Shown here: piece after piece, positions 1-14,618 of the stretch
How positions within the stretch are numbered: the stretch's first letter is position 1
Layout: every line of letters begins with the position of its first letter
Assembly (NCBI GenBank): GCA_043228905.1
Contig: JBHGNT010000010.1
Location: 10,230,001 to 10,294,000, forward strand
Source of the DNA: Azolla caroliniana
Lineage: Eukaryota > Plantae > Polypodiophyta
DNA length: 64,000 nucleotides
Direction: 5' to 3'
Translations under genes and position numbers: made by a program
The notes under the pieces: generated by a model
Seen by the model: only the letters and a program-made list of their open reading frames with translations
Databases searched by the model: none
Told to the model about the DNA's origin: nothing

Positions 1-480
1 CCAATTGATAGTTTTGGTGTTCAAATGTGTGGAAGTATGTATGAGGGCCTATCAAACTATGCTCAACAAACAACACAGAAAGAATGAAGGCAAGAAGATG
101 GACACACTCTTAAGCTTTAATGGAAGCTCTGTTATTTCGTTCTCTCTTTGTAACTCTACACTCAGAGATTCAAGAAGATTATCGTTACAATGTTAGGTTA
201 GAGCTTATATACTAAGGCCTAACTATTTGGACGTGTTCACACTAAGATACAAAATGGAAGGAGTCATCCTTTTATGCCAACACATAGCTCCAATAATTGT
301 GCCCAAGTAGGTAGCAGGACCAAGATGTGTAGTTGCTCCGATTGAGCTTTTCGGTTGGAAGGGAGCTTGCCATGCTTCTGTCCATTTTCTTCTTCAAGTA
401 TGTTCTTACCGAGGTCTAGGCTTTGTCTATGTTATGACTGTTGTCGATAACAAAGAATTCTCAACCCTCCTTTAATACAA

Positions 481-931
481 TGTGAAGATTAACGTGCGGA
501 AACTAAAATAGACACAACTGGCTCAACTGGATAGCAACAGAAACAAAATAGAGAATCAATGGAGAACACACAGAGATTATAAAGTACTTGGGAGAGGCAG
601 AGAGAGTAGAACATAGAAAACTTGATTTCAAAATAACACTCTGTACAGTCAAATGTGCTCAGAGAGCAGTTTTTATACAAGTCCATAAAGGACTGACTAA
701 AGTACAGACAAATACTTAAATGCTCATAACTGCACAACTGACACTGACTCCTAGGAATATAACTTCCTAGTAATCTAGGATTGTAGGCCTCTAACGGCCT
801 ATTGGGTCTGTATGGATCTGCTCATCGATCCGGCTCTAGATCCGATCAGGGCCTAGTCGATCGGTCTTCACCCGATTCGGCTCTCGGCTTGTTCAGCCGT
901 TCTAGCCCACGTTGAGCTTGCTCGCTCAACA
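481..931 (-). mobile_element. Solo LTR, same Copia LTR family as 17180/50267/57987
   Basis: Reverse complement starts TGTTGAGCGAGCAAGCTCAAC (cf. TGTTGAGTGGACAAGCTCAAC at 17180) and ends ...CTTCACA. Internal motifs are shared (ATGAGCATT, GACTTGTATA, GTGTTATTTTGAA). TSD is not cleanly resolved. Confidence 0.75.
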
Positions 932-1105
932 AATGTGCGTGAGCTAAGTCGCACATAAGCGATGGTTCGGATAGCAGACAACAAGATGGGTTCTAAGTTC
1001 TAACAAGTATCGATGTGTAGGATTTCCTCGTTCCTCGAAAAATATGGTTTTGTAATTAGTCACAACATGTGTAGTATAATGTGTGAAGTGTGAGCCTCCA
1101 CATTT
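932..1105 (-). mobile_element. Degenerate LINE 3' fragment (family of 13068-14544)
   Basis: Aligns by eye to ~13416-13583; peptide KCGGSHFTHYTTHVVTNYKTIFFEERGN matches KCGGSRFTHYTTHVAPNYKTIFFAERGN. Confidence 0.8.
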
Positions 1106-1439
1106 ATACGCTAATTGAGAGAGTACGAGAGAGATGCTATATGTTGAGGGGCAAAAGTTGGTTGTATTGCATGTGTGTGGTGATAGTAACAAATTATTTC
1201 GCTTTTCCATCCCCTCATTGGTGGATTGCAATAATAATTGAACATTAAGGGTGATGTTCGTCCATAACTCGTGTACGTAGGAAAAACCACATGTTGACGA
1301 ATGTTTTTAAGTAATTTTAAATAAGACAAGTGTAAGATGGTGAGATATGGCTAGAAACTAGCCATTTGGATTCTAGTAGGGTCTCTTATTGAGGTAGAAG
1401 CAATATGCTAGATAGATAGATCACAATGATGGAACTATG

Positions 1440-2097
1440 GGGAGTCAAAGGGTCAGATTCAAGATATGGAAACATGGTTTGGAAGATAACTTGTAACATA
1501 AATAAATTTTCATGAAGCATTAGTAGATTCCTTTGTGAATAAGACATTTTTGCAATGCCAAAATATCATGACATGGGAAAATATGGAGGCTCACATTTCA
1601 CACACTATACTACATATGTTAGACCCAACTACAAAACCATATTCTTTACTGAATGGGAAAACGACATAAAGTAATACATGTTCGAGTACATCACATCATG
1701 TACCATTTGAACCATTGCTTCCATATGATTTAGTCAACACTCACTATGATGTGAGATGGGCCAGTGGGTCATAACTCACAAGTGATGAGAATAGTGAACT
1801 ATGCACATTTTGCCCGAAACAAGTTTGGGAGTCTAAGTATCACACTCTGATACAATTCTTTGACTTTGATCATATTCAACCATTCTTTCCATACATCTTC
1901 GACCAAATCCAACCCTTGCACAAACTTCTCTAATAATCAAAGGGTGCACTCTAAATTGCAACATTCACTAGTAAAATTCTTGAATATCAAGAGTCCCTAC
2001 CGACTTTGACTTATATTACGTGAAATTATTAGATTGTTAGTCTCATAGATCATGTTGCACCTTCAAAAATGATTATTAAATCGATCTATCTATGTAT
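1440..2097 (+). mobile_element. Degenerate LINE 3' end (family of 13068-14544)
   Basis: Collinear with the reverse complement of ~13070-13710, with many stops; ends in an ATCTATCTATGTATCT tail. Confidence 0.8.
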
Positions 2098-4816
2098 CTC
2101 CTACTAATGATTACATTTATCATTAATCCTATGTGCACTTGCACATATATCTTAGATAAATCAAGCCCCTTCTCTTGCATCTTTTGATGTTTTATCTTTG
2201 ATATGTTGTTCAGCTATATACTTTATCTACAACGTATCATTTCTATAGGTTCACATTATTGTTATAGCTTGTATAATAATTATTTTCGCACATTATGTGA
2301 TATTAATGAATTATTGCCAGTTTCAAGCATGTATCATAGGTAGGTACAAGGATGCATATGATTAAGATAGATAGGTATTTTTGAAGTCCATAGAGAGGCC
2401 AATATTGACCCATGGGACTTGAATACAAATGTTATCTTGATGTATGTCTCCTTCCTAAGAAGGGATATTCATACTTTGAACCCCCTTTTAATATATCATC
2501 ATAGATTTCATGAATTGCATTGATCTAGAGCATGTACAAAGCAAGTAATACTCATCCTAGACTAGCCATTCCTTACATACCTTACATGCCTTTATGTTTG
2601 GCTGATTTTGATTGTATTATGCAACATTAATACATAGTTTGTGTGATCGAGTGAAAAGGAGTGCTAGGGATCTCCAAGAGTTAATATTGTTGGAGACGTA
2701 AGCTATCAGTGTGGAATGTGAACAACACTATGTGATGAAGATCTCCCCGTTGATGACAAAGATTATCAAGGCAACTTAACAAAGATCAAGATCAAAGAGA
2801 TAGAATGTGTGTGTGTGAGAGAGAGAGACAAAGAGGCACACAATGTAACAGTCTTATTCCATACGTTACAATACAAGAATGACACTAATATCATCATGAA
2901 CTAGGTTACGAAGCCAGTTATATACTAACTTGGCTAGGGCAACTGCCCTTTGACATATTTACATAATTGTCCTAAACCTAGTCTGTCCAAGTGGGACAAT
3001 GTGAATACGGTCATTATGCACTAAGGAGAGGCGTGTAATATGAAACAAGAGATACATGATATACAAAGAGATGCTAGGATTTATCGGCTCATAGCCGAAT
3101 CGGTGATGACCAAGAGAAGCAAAGGCAGAATTAGCTGGTTTGAGAGAAAATGCCGGATCGATTGTCGAGGCTTATTGTTCGAAGTTATCTCTATTGTTTG
3201 ACTTGATAAGATAGATTTCTCCTTGTGCCGAAGTGACCTGAATCGGTCAACCGATAGACATTTGGTCATCTCAACTACTACATTGTCGGCCGCAACGATT
3301 TTCTTGAGGTTGAGCTCCCCTGAAGATACATAGTCCTGAACAAAGTGATACTAAACATCGATATGCTTGGAGGCGTTATGGTAAACCGGGTTTTTTGACA
3401 AGGCCACATCACCTGCATTGTCGTTGTAGACAATTGGAGCCGAATTAGGAACGACTTGTCGAAACATACACGCCACCCGATCGAGCCAAAGATTCTCTTT
3501 CACCGCGTCAGACACGACTACAAATTCAACTTTGATGGTTGAAGTGGTCATGCACTTCAGAAGTTATGACTTCCATGAAATTGCTCCATTGCCGAATTTG
3601 AAGCACTAACCCATTGTTGGCTTTCGGTTGTCCACACAACTGACAAAATTCAAGTTGGTGTGGTCGACTATGCACAAGTTCTTGTTTAGGCTAAAGAGGA
3701 TGCCAAGATCTCATGTGCCCACTAGGTATCTAAATACATGCTTAATTGCATTCCAATGCGATTGGCCGGGATTGTACATGAATCTGTTGATGACTCCTAC
3801 AACATGTGCTATGTCAGGCCGTGTCGTGACCATCGCATCGCGTACATCAAGGAGCCGACTGTCAGTGCATACGGTACTGACTTCATATCTTCCCCCTCTA
3901 GAATGGATGTTGGACAGTCTCGCTGAGATAGCCAAAGGCTAAAGGGGAGAGGGGTTGAAGTAGATTTGGCCGATTGCATGTTGAAGCGCTCCAGGACACA
4001 TATGATGTAGTTGGCTTGAGACAAAAATAATTGTCGTTGATTCCGGAGCCGACTAATATTCATTCCAAGTATGTGTCAAACCGGACCTTGGTTCTTCATT
4101 GCAAACTTCAATCGTGGTTGTTGAACAAGATTGGCAAGCTATTCGGCATGTCGGTCAAAGAGGAGCACATGTCATCCACGTATAGGATGAAGAAGATGGG
4201 TGACCCATCTTGAGCTTTCTTCAAGAAGAGGAAGTGGTCCTCATCACTCTTACAGAAACCAACAGACTGGATGAAGCCATTGAATTTTTTGTGCCACTGC
4301 CTTGGTGCTTGCTTTGGGCCGTAGAGACTCTTCCTGAGTCGGTAGATTAGATGCTCTTGGCCGACTGTAAATCTCCTCCTCTAAATTGTCGTGGAGGAAG
4401 GCCGTCTTAACATCTAACCGAATAAGCTCTAAATCTTCCGTTGCCACTACATCAAGTAAGAATTGAAGGGTCTTCATTTTCACCATTGGTGAAAAACATT
4501 TGTCGAAGTCGATGCCATATTCTTGCCGGAAACCCTTCGCTAGTAGTCTAACTTTGAATTTGGGACTTGCCGAATTAGACATATCTTTGAGTCGATAAAC
4601 CCACTTGCATGGAAGAGCACATCCTTTTTTCGTCAATTCGATTAAGTCCCATGTCTTATTTTGCTGGATGGAATTCATCTCTAACTCCATCGCCAAATGC
4701 CAAGTGGTTGAAGCTTCTTCGTATGACGTTGGCTCATCAGTGTCCATGAAGAATAGTCCATGAGAGTATCTCTCTAGTGGCTGAGACAATAGTCTAGATC
4801 GTCTTGGGATGACTAG

Positions 4817-5103
4817 TGTCATGATATGACAAGACTTGAACCCATGACCTTATGTTATATGGGTCGAGCTCTTGACCATTACACTATCTATTATAATACA
4901 TAATATATTATTTTCATTTAAGTTTTACTCTAGAAAATTAATGTATATTCCAGATTTCTCTGGAACATTCTAGAAGCTTCAGGATTACTCCTGAGAACAC
5001 TATAAAAGGAGGCACAAGGCATTATCTCGAACCAAATTGGTTCAACGCTAGTCTTAAGCCTCATAGGTATTTTGTATTTACTCTTCACATGATATATCCT
5101 CTA

Positions 5104-5137
<34 letters not shown>

Positions 5138-8100
5138 CTTTTCTCTCTTCCTCTCTCATGAGTCTTACGCAGTCAATCCTCTTATTATTAATAGTACTTC
5201 CCTTCTCTAGTACTGATTCTCTCTTTGTTTTAGTACTATTCCTGACAGTTTGAACCAAGTTTTTCCCTTTGGTCTTCTTTTCGGTTTCCCTCATCCTCTT
5301 ACCCCTTTTTCCAATACTATAGCTACTATTAGCACCCAAGAATATCAATCTGTTTTTTCCGAGCTTCAGTGTCTAAAAGAAAAATTCATTGCATTGGAAC
5401 AAGACAACCAACGATTGTTAGGGGATCTTCAACAAATCGCTTTAGAGAAACAACAAACGCAACAACAACATGGGGAGTTAGCGTTATGTGTGCAACAACT
5501 CGAAGCAACCATCGTAGCATTGCAACAATAGGGATCAAGTCCCCAAGGACTTCATAAAGAGCCCAAGATTGGACTTCGTGTGAAATTCGATGGAACAGGA
5601 TCACAATTTAGAGGATTCCTTAATCAGGTACATTTAGTCATTCAGATGCATCCTACATGATACCCCAATGATGCATCCTGAGTAGTCTTAATAGGCACGT
5701 TGCTCAGCGGCTCGACCTTGGCATGGTTTGCTCCACTTTTAGAAAAACAATCTCCCTTGCTTAATAACTTTAAAGACTTTATTAGTGAGTTTAAAGCCTG
5801 CTTTGGCGATACCGACAACATCAGGATGACGATAAACAAGATCTGATGATTACATCAAGGCGATCATCCAACCTCTGCCTACGTGGTGGATTTCCGTCTA
5901 CTCGCCTCAGATTTCCCCCGGGATGATCAAGCACTAATGGAGCAGTTTCGCTATGGCTTGCGAAACAACGTCAAAGATTTACTTTTAACCTTCCCCAAAG
6001 AACCAAAATCTCTCATAGAGGCAATTAGTCAAGCGGTTCGATGCGACAACCACCTTTTTGAACGACATTCAGAACGGCAATTACAAATACCACAGACTAG
6101 GCCAAAGCCCACATATGCCTCAATAGTAGCTAAACCGTTTGCACGAGATGTATCTCAGGCAAATACTCCGACACCGATGGAAATCGACACCATGCATTGA
6201 CGTGGCCTGTTATCAGAAGAAGAAAAGCAACGACGACGTGCAAATCGATTATGTCTTTATTGCGGTGGACCAGGGCATATCACAATCAACTGTCCCCATA
6301 GGCGAAGAAGACATGTAAATAAAATCGTAGCCTGTACTAAACCCGAGTCAAGTCCCGTAGGAGTGTCTGATATTATTAATAGTACTGATAGCCCAAGTAT
6401 CTCAAACAAATTTGAAATCCTTAGTCAATTAGAGGAAGAGTTACATGACTAAGTCCAGTCAAAATAGGAGCCGTTTGGTTGGACAACCCTAGATCTGTGT
6501 AGCCCATCAGTGGTTCCATTCCCTCTAAGCAAGTTAGCAATGTGTTCTTAGCCCAAGTCATCGTTAGTACTAAAAGTACCCCTCCAATACACGTCTTAGC
6601 ACTTTTAGATTCCGGAGCCAATTCTTGTTTCATGGATCGGAAATTTGCCCAAGCTTCTCAAATATCCTTAAGAAAACTTCCTTGCCCCGCATCTGTAGTA
6701 GTCATTGATGGTTGTCCCATTGCTTCTGGGAATATCGTAGAAGAGTCAGAACCCATTCAGGTTGTCCTAGATAGCTTTGTGTGTGTGGTATCATTTAATA
6801 TAATTAGTAGTCCAGAGCATCCCATTGTCTTGGGATTACCTTGGTTTGAATTACATAATCTAGACATAGATTGGAGAACAAGAGAAGTCCGGTATCGATA
6901 ACCCCGAGAATCTACTCATCAAGTTTCGACCATTTCGCTCCATTAATTACGCGAAGAAGGAGGCAAAGAGTCAATGTTTCTATTTGCAATATCAGTACAT
7001 CCTTTGAACACTATTAAGAAGGAATCCTTAGTTCAACTTCTCGCGAAATATCATCCTTATGCCGATGTATTTGGCAAGGTAAAAGCTAGAACTCTTCCTC
7101 ATCATCGTCCCTATGATTGTCCCATCAATTTACAACCAGGAAAAGAGCCACCGTGGGGACCAATTTACAACTGGTCACGACCCGAGTTGGAAGTCCTTCG
7201 AGCCTACATAGAGGATAATTTGGCAAGCGAGTTTATTCATCATTCGAAATCTCTGGCCGGTGCACCCATTTTCTTTGTCAAGAGGAAAGATGGATCCGTT
7301 TGTCTCGTCGTTGATTACCGCGGGGCTTGAATAAGGTCACCATCAGGAATAGGTATGCACTTCCCCTTATATCAAGTCTTTTAGAATGTGTAAATGGTGT
7401 CAAGTTTTTTACAAAAATCGACTTACGAGGAGCATATAACCTCATGCGGATCTGACTAGGAGACAAATGGAAGACCGCCTTTCGCACCCAATATGGGCAC
7501 TTTGAGTATACCGTTATGCCGTTTGGTCTATCCAATGCACTCGCAGTCTTCCAACACATGGCAAATGATATATTCAGAGACCTCTTGGATATCTAATTGA
7601 TAGTATATCTAGATGATCTATCGATTTATTCGAAGACCCAGGAAGAGCATGATTCTCATGTACTATTAGTACTAAAACGACTCCGAGAGCATGGTCTTTA
7701 TGCCAAACTAGAAAAATGTAGCTTTGACTGCAAGCAAGTGGAATTTCTGGGCTACATCATCTCCTCAAAAGGCATCTCCATGGATCCAACTAAAGTCAAA
7801 ACTATGCTAGAGTGGCAAAATCCACGTTTGTTACGAGATGTGCAATGTTTCCTAGGCTTCGCTAACTTCTACTGCAAGTTTATACAAGATTACTTGAAGA
7901 TTATTCTGCCTCTCACACAGCTTACCAAGAAGGGACAATCATTTCTTTGGTCCAATGAAGCGGACATGGCTTTTATGCATCTTAAGAAAGCCTTTACATC
8001 AGGTCCTATCCTAGCTCATGTGGATACAAACAAACCATTCATCATGGAGGCTGACGCATCAGATTTCGCCCTCGGTAGCATCCTTTCACAACAAGGAGAT

Positions 8101-10309
8101 AAAGAAGAGTTACATCCTGTGGCTTTCCACTTGTGCAAATTTGATGCCGCGGAAATCAACTACGAGATACATGACAAGGAGTTATTAGCCATCATGGATT
8201 CATTTGTGCAATGGAGACACTTCTTAGAGGGCTCTCCACATCACGTCATTGTCTTCAGTGATCACAAAAATCTTGCTTATTTCCAGAATGCTCGCGTACT
8301 AAATCGACGGCAAGCTCGGTGGGCCCAATTCCTCACGCGTTTTGACTTCAAAATCACATATCGGCTAGGGAAGCAACAAGGAAAAGCAGATGCACTATCG
8401 CAACGCTCATATCTTGCACCTCGTCCTAGTGATCCAGCATTTGATAATCAAAAGCAGGTAATCTTGGGACGAACACGTTTGCACACAACGCGGATTTTTC
8501 ACACTCCACTAGATTCCCAGATTATCGATGCCATACGTGCCAATTTGAAGACGGACAGTTTTGGTCAAGCCATTCTAGCGCAAGTTGATGCCTCTTGGGC
8601 ATCCTGTTCCTAGTCTTAACAACCAGATATGGACTACCGACAATTCGAATATCATGATGGTTTATTATTCTTTAAAATGCTCGTGTATGTTCCCGATTTC
8701 TCCTGTCGCCTTCAAATCGTCCAAAATTGTCACGACACCCATGCAGTTGGACATTTCGATAGTACTAAGACGTTGGATCTAATCTGACGATATTTTTGGT
8801 GGCCCCATATGCGACGTTTTGTCGACGACTACGTTCGAACCTGTGATGCTTGTTGCCGAGCAAAGATGTCACGACATCATCCATATGGCTTGTTGGAATC
8901 CTTACCAATTCCAAGTAAGCCGTGGCAATCCATTTGTCTTGATTTTATCACAGATCTTCTAGTCTCGAAGGGCGTCGATGCTATCTTAACCGTTGTTGAC
9001 TGATATACTAAGATGGCACATTTTGTACCTTGTACTAAGTCCATCACTAGTGAAGAAACCACCGCCCTTGTCATGCGTGAGGTTTTTCGGCATCATGGCC
9101 TCCCAGACAGTATCATCAGTGACCGAGGACCTCAATTCGTCTCCAAATTTTGGAAGCAACTCTTCAAGATGCTCAAGGTCTCTTGCAACCTCTCCTTCGG
9201 CTATCATCCCCAAACTGATGGGCAAGCGGAACGAACAAACCAAATGTTGGAACAATATCTTCGGTGTTTTCTGAGTTATCAACAAGGCGATTGGGATGAT
9301 ATTCTCTACTTTGCTGAGTTTGCTTATAATATTGCTATTCACTCCACTCGGGTCTTCCCCATTTTACGGTTATACCGGTTCTCATCCTCGCTAGTCTGCG
9401 ATCGACACTCCAGAGCTACCTACCAATCCTCGTATCGAGGATCATTTGGAGAGGCTATGCAAGATTCGAACAGGTCTATCTACTCATCTTCGTCATGCTC
9501 AACAAACACAAAAGACTTATGCAGATCGTCATCGGCTTCCCTCCTCTTTTGCCATCGGAGATCGAGTATGGCTTTTACATCGTCACATCAAGACTACTCG
9601 ACCATGCGGCAAATTGGATTATTGACGACTCGGTCCTTTTTGTATTACCGACAAGATTAATGATGTCACGTTCCGCCTTGATCTTCCTTCGCACCTTCAG
9701 ATACATCCGATCTTCCATAGTTCTCTTCTCGAACCTTATCAGGCCAACACTATCCCCGATCATGTTACACCACCGTTGCCCCTACTTGAGTTGGACGCCA
9801 GCCCGGAGTATGAAGTTGTTGCCATCCTCGACTCCAAGTTTGTTCGCAACAAACTTTATTATTTGGTCGATTGGCTCGGTTATAGTCTGAGTGAACGTAC
9901 TTGGGAGCATGTCGCCAATGCTCAGGATCTTCTTGCTGATTTCCACCGACAGTATCCGGACAAACTTGGTTCCCAATCAGCGCCGACTCATAACACTCGT
10001 CGTTTTGAGGGGGGGTAGTGTCATGATATGGCAAAACTCGAACCCATGAACTTATGTTATATGGGTCGAGCTCTTGACCATTACACTATCTATTGTAATA
10101 CGTAGGATATTATTTTCATTTAAGTTTTACTATAGAAAACTAATGTATATTCCAGATTTCTCTAGAACATTCTAGAAGCTTCAGGATTACTCCTGAGAAC
10201 ACTATAAAAGGAGGCACAAGGCATTATTTCCAACCAAATTTGTTCAACGCCAGTCTTAAGCCTCATAGCTATTTTGTATTTACTCTTCACATAATATATC
10301 TTCTATTAT

Positions 10310-10362
<53 letters not shown>

Positions 10363-10470
10363 TTTCTCTCTTCCTCTCTCAGGAGTCTTACGCAGTTAGT
10401 CCTCTTAGTACTAATAGTACTTCCCTTCTCTAGTACTGATTCTCTCTCTGTTTTAGTACTATTCTTGACA
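4817..10470 (+). mobile_element. Ty3/gypsy chromovirus (Tcn1/Tf1-sushi-like), full length, pseudogenised
   Basis: LTRs 4817-5247 and 10019-10470 (TG...CA); exact TSD ACTAG; PPT GAGGGGGGG before the 3' LTR. Gag with CCHC knuckle, protease LLDSGAN, RT YLDD, RNase H (EADASD), integrase ([13 protein letters not shown]) and chromodomain (EYEVVAILDS...YLVDWLGY...TWE); several stops and frameshifts. Confidence 0.95.
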
Positions 10471-13003
10471 ACTAGACTTACAAGATCATTGCCGGTGATC
10501 ATCTTTTGAGTAGCTGATCGATTCCGTGGATTGCTACTATGTTGGGGCCACTTTTGGATTTGGCTTGTATTGAAGTTTTGGCCATGGCCATACTTTGTCC
10601 CGTAGAGGTGGCTTTTCTTGTAATCGCTATTGTGTGCTATGTTGGGCTACTAAGGGGAGGCAAAGCATCTGAAAATGTGACTTGCCTAACTTCAATCAAC
10701 CTTTTAGCCAGCTTGTGCATTTCCGACTTGTTGAAAACAACGTTCGAACATTGGACAACTTATCTATTTTATGGATCCCAGAGTCAGTAGCCAAATTCTC
10801 CTTTTGATCCATAATGAAGGAAAACACATTTCTAGGATCGCAGCTCAAGTTTTCGGCGATCATCATTCGGCACAAGGACGAATGCGTCGCATCCAAAAAT
10901 CTGCAACTTCTCATAATTCGGCCTCTGGGCGGTCCAAAGTTCCTGCGGGATTTGAAGTCCTAGAGGCCTACTTGGAGACATATTTATTATGTGCATGATA
11001 GTGAGTAGCGCCTCTACCCAGAAACTATGCGATAGTCCAACATGTTGCATCATGGTGACAATTCACTCTTGAATTGTCTGATTCATTCATTCTGCAATGC
11101 CATTTTGCTCTAGACTATAATGGGTCGTAAGCTCTCATCTGATGTTGTCTTGTTGGCAACTATTGACTAACTCGTCCAATTTGAATTCTCCACCATTATT
11201 CGATTGTAAGCCTTTCACCATTCACGTTCGAATATGACCAAGTCGAGGGGACTTGACTCTCTCAGTTCCCTAGTCGGGTGTGAGGTAGCAGTCTGTTTGC
11301 TGTATTGGTAGTGCTCATAGAATTGATGGTCGGAGAACGAGAGGTTGGGGATGTAGCCAGCTCTAGATAGGTGCATGTTGTCGGCTTTGCTGAGGTGACT
11401 AGTCAGTCATGCCATAGTGACAATGTGGGAATGCCTACCAAGAATAGGTCAAACTTTGAGAGTGACATATAGTGGGTACAATGAGTGCACCTTCGGTTCT
11501 GTAGCAATCAGGAGGTTCCCCCTATGCCGTGTCCACCCTCCTGTTGAGAAGCTGGCATGGATGCCATCTTACCTCAATTGGTTGGCTAAGATCTATGGAC
11601 TTCAGAGCTTAGGTACATGTCAGACATTATGTAGTACAAGGGTAGAGCCACCCGGAAGGTTAAGCTCTACTATGCCAATTCCAATGATAGTGCAATGCTG
11701 CGACTTTTCGACTCAAAATTGAGTGGGAATGTCCGGCCCAGTATTGCTTGAATTGCAATCTACAAGGAGTCACATGGTATGACGCACTTGAATCCAAGCG
11801 GCAAGTGTTGGAATCTTTAGTTGTAAGTAGAACTTTTGATTCGATCGAGTTCTCGATGTATAGGATATTCGGGTCATTGGTCAAAACTTCGGCTGATGAG
11901 CCAACGTAGTTGATCTCCTCTTGCCGACTGCCCTTGTGATTGGCTCTCAGAGCCTTATCCTTCCTGGCTTTGAGGACATGGCAATCGGCCTTGATATGTC
12001 CGGGTTTCATGCAATAGTTGCAGGTTTGAGTCAGTTGCTGGGAAGAACTTCTTCCCCGGCTATTCAGTAAATTGGCCGAAACTTGTAGCCGACGCATTGC
12101 ACACGATGGTGACGAAAGTTTCCCACGAAAGGGGGAGGCTACTCATTAGCAACAATGATTTCAATTGTTGTCCCCTAAGCCGAAATTTGGGAGTTCAAGC
12201 TTTCATACTTGTTGAGGTGTGCCTGGACCGAGTCACACTCTTTTTTCCGAATATTGTATAATCGTTGGATTAGATAGGTTTTAGTGGCGACCACCTTCTT
12301 CTCATAAGTGTCTGACAATGTTTTCCATAATTGGAATGTCTTCGAGCACAATTGTACGGTGTAGTAGACCGATTCGGATAGATGCATCCAAATGGTGGTG
12401 CGCGCTATTTGATCTAGCTTTGTCCATTCATTTAGCTTGTACTCTTCTAGAGGATCTCGTTTTAGACCGGATCAATTTGACCCTTCACGATCATTTAGTC
12501 TTGCATTTGCTCATTCCAAAAGTTGAAGTTCGATCCGACCTTGAGACTCATCTCTGATGATCCGGATGTTACGGCCATCTATGTCGGATGGTAAGCGCTG
12601 TTTTGAGTTAGCTACGAACGGTAACATGGTGCAATTGGTTGGCTCACCTGAATTTGTTCTAGCCGAATTTAAATACGAATTGAATCAGCTTCGACTATCA
12701 ACGTGTTTTGTCTGGAGTGGTTACAACCGATTTCATGCCTAGCTGAATTGGAACCAATTTGACTGAAATCTCTGAATCTGTTCTATCAACCAGAATAAAC
12801 TTAGGAGCATTCATGGGGTGAAAGCAAGAGTGTTTTTGAAGACAAAGTGACGACAATCCACTGTATAAAAAACCATGCTCTAATACCAGATGTTGGAGAC
12901 TTAAGCCATTAGTGCGGAATGCGAACAACATTATGTGATGAAGATCACCCCATTGATGACAAAGATTAGCAAGACAAACTTAACAAAGATCAAGATGAAA
13001 TAG

Positions 13004-13067
<64 letters not shown>

Positions 13068-13072
<5 letters not shown>

Positions 13073-14542
13073 TAGATAGATAGATAGATTATATTATCGT
13101 CTTCGGAGATCAAATATGACCTATGAGACCAAAAATATTACATTTCATGTGATACGTGTGAAAGTGAGTAGTGACTCTCGATGTTCAAGAACTTTACCAA
13201 TGAATGTTGCAATCGAGAGTGCACATTGTGGTTGTGAGAGGAATTCATGCAAAGATTGGGCTCGATCGAAGAGATGTGGAAAGCATGGTCGAATATGGTC
13301 AAAGGCAGAGCATTGTATCAAAGTGTGATACTCAGACTCGCGAACTTGTTTAGGGCAAAGTGTGCATAGCCGACCACTCTCATCACTTGTACCCCAACGC
13401 CCTGTTTCACATCGCAATGCATGTGAGCTAAGTCGCATGGAAGCAATGGTTCGAATGGCAGATAACGATATGGGCTCTAACATGTATGGATGTGTACGAT
13501 TTCCCCGTTCTGCAAAGAATATGGTTTTGTAGTTAGGTGCAACATGTGTAGTATAATGTGTGAAGCGTGAGCCTCCACATTTGTCCCATGTCATGATACA
13601 TTGGCGTTGCAAAAATGCCTCATTTACAGAGGAATCTAATGATGCATCATGAAGCAAGTGTCTCGCATCCCATCTACCAAACCATTTTTCTGTATCTTGC
13701 ATCCAACCGGAACACAAAATTTTGCTTTTATGCGTCTTTTGGATCTTTTTGCTTGCTTCCCACGCAATTCTAGGAAGTCGATGTGAGGGACTTTTTTGAA
13801 CCTTAAGCATGTATTCAACAACCCTTTCCATGGCCATGATCTCAATGGGAAGTGATCCCGTCTCAAGGAGGAGGAGGGTGTAGGGCGTTTGTTTCTTAAC
13901 TTGTAGAAACTTGGTAAGAAAATGCTTTTGGACATTTTCAAACTCTTTCCACATAGACTTAGGGATGCTACCGCCCCATACTTCCACCCCATAGAGAAGA
14001 ACTGGTGTCACCAAAGTGTCAAAAAGATATTTCTTGAGGACCCAACACTTAATATCTCCAAGATTGCATGTGTTTGTCAAATGCATAGTATGCTCGTTTG
14101 CCCGCCTCTAAGCGGCGTGTAGCACATTCATTCCATCTATGATTTGAAGGAACTTCAAGGCCAAGATATTTGAAGCTTTCCACACATTCAAGTGGCTCAT
14201 TGTTGTACATAATGCATGGTTTATCTCTTTTTTGGCTCTTCACAAGCATAATCTTTGTTTTAGAGCTATTGACACTTAATTTAGTATGCATGCAAAATTT
14301 TTCCAATGCCTTCATAAGCTTTTGTGCATCTCCTAAAGTATTTGCAAAAAGCACTACGTCATCTGCATATAGCAAAAGCATAATCACAACATTCCCAATG
14401 GCAACTTCTTCAACACATTCTTCCTTTGCAAACTTGGTAACCATTTCTTCCAATTCATCAATGCATAGACCAAATAGTGTTGGTGAGAGTGGGCATCCTT
14501 GCTTAACACCAATAGTGCTTTTGAAAAAATCTGAAAAAATCT

Positions 14543-14544
<2 letters not shown>
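13068..14544 (-). mobile_element. 5'-truncated LINE (RT plus C-terminal CCHC; RTE-X/L2-like) inserted in the (GA)n tract of a Copia LTR
   Basis: RT motifs GVKQGCPLSPTLF and LLYADD (ORF 14049-14633); frameshift near 14080; ORF 13145-14086 ends RLSSHALRCETGRW...CTLC...ESEYH...C; (ATCT)n 3' tail; (GA)n on both sides. Clade assignment is inference. Confidence 0.9.

Positions 14545-14618
<74 letters not shown>

Noticed and set aside
1-480. Possible LTR remnant
   Set aside because: LTR-like composition but no partner, termini or TSD identifiable in the window.
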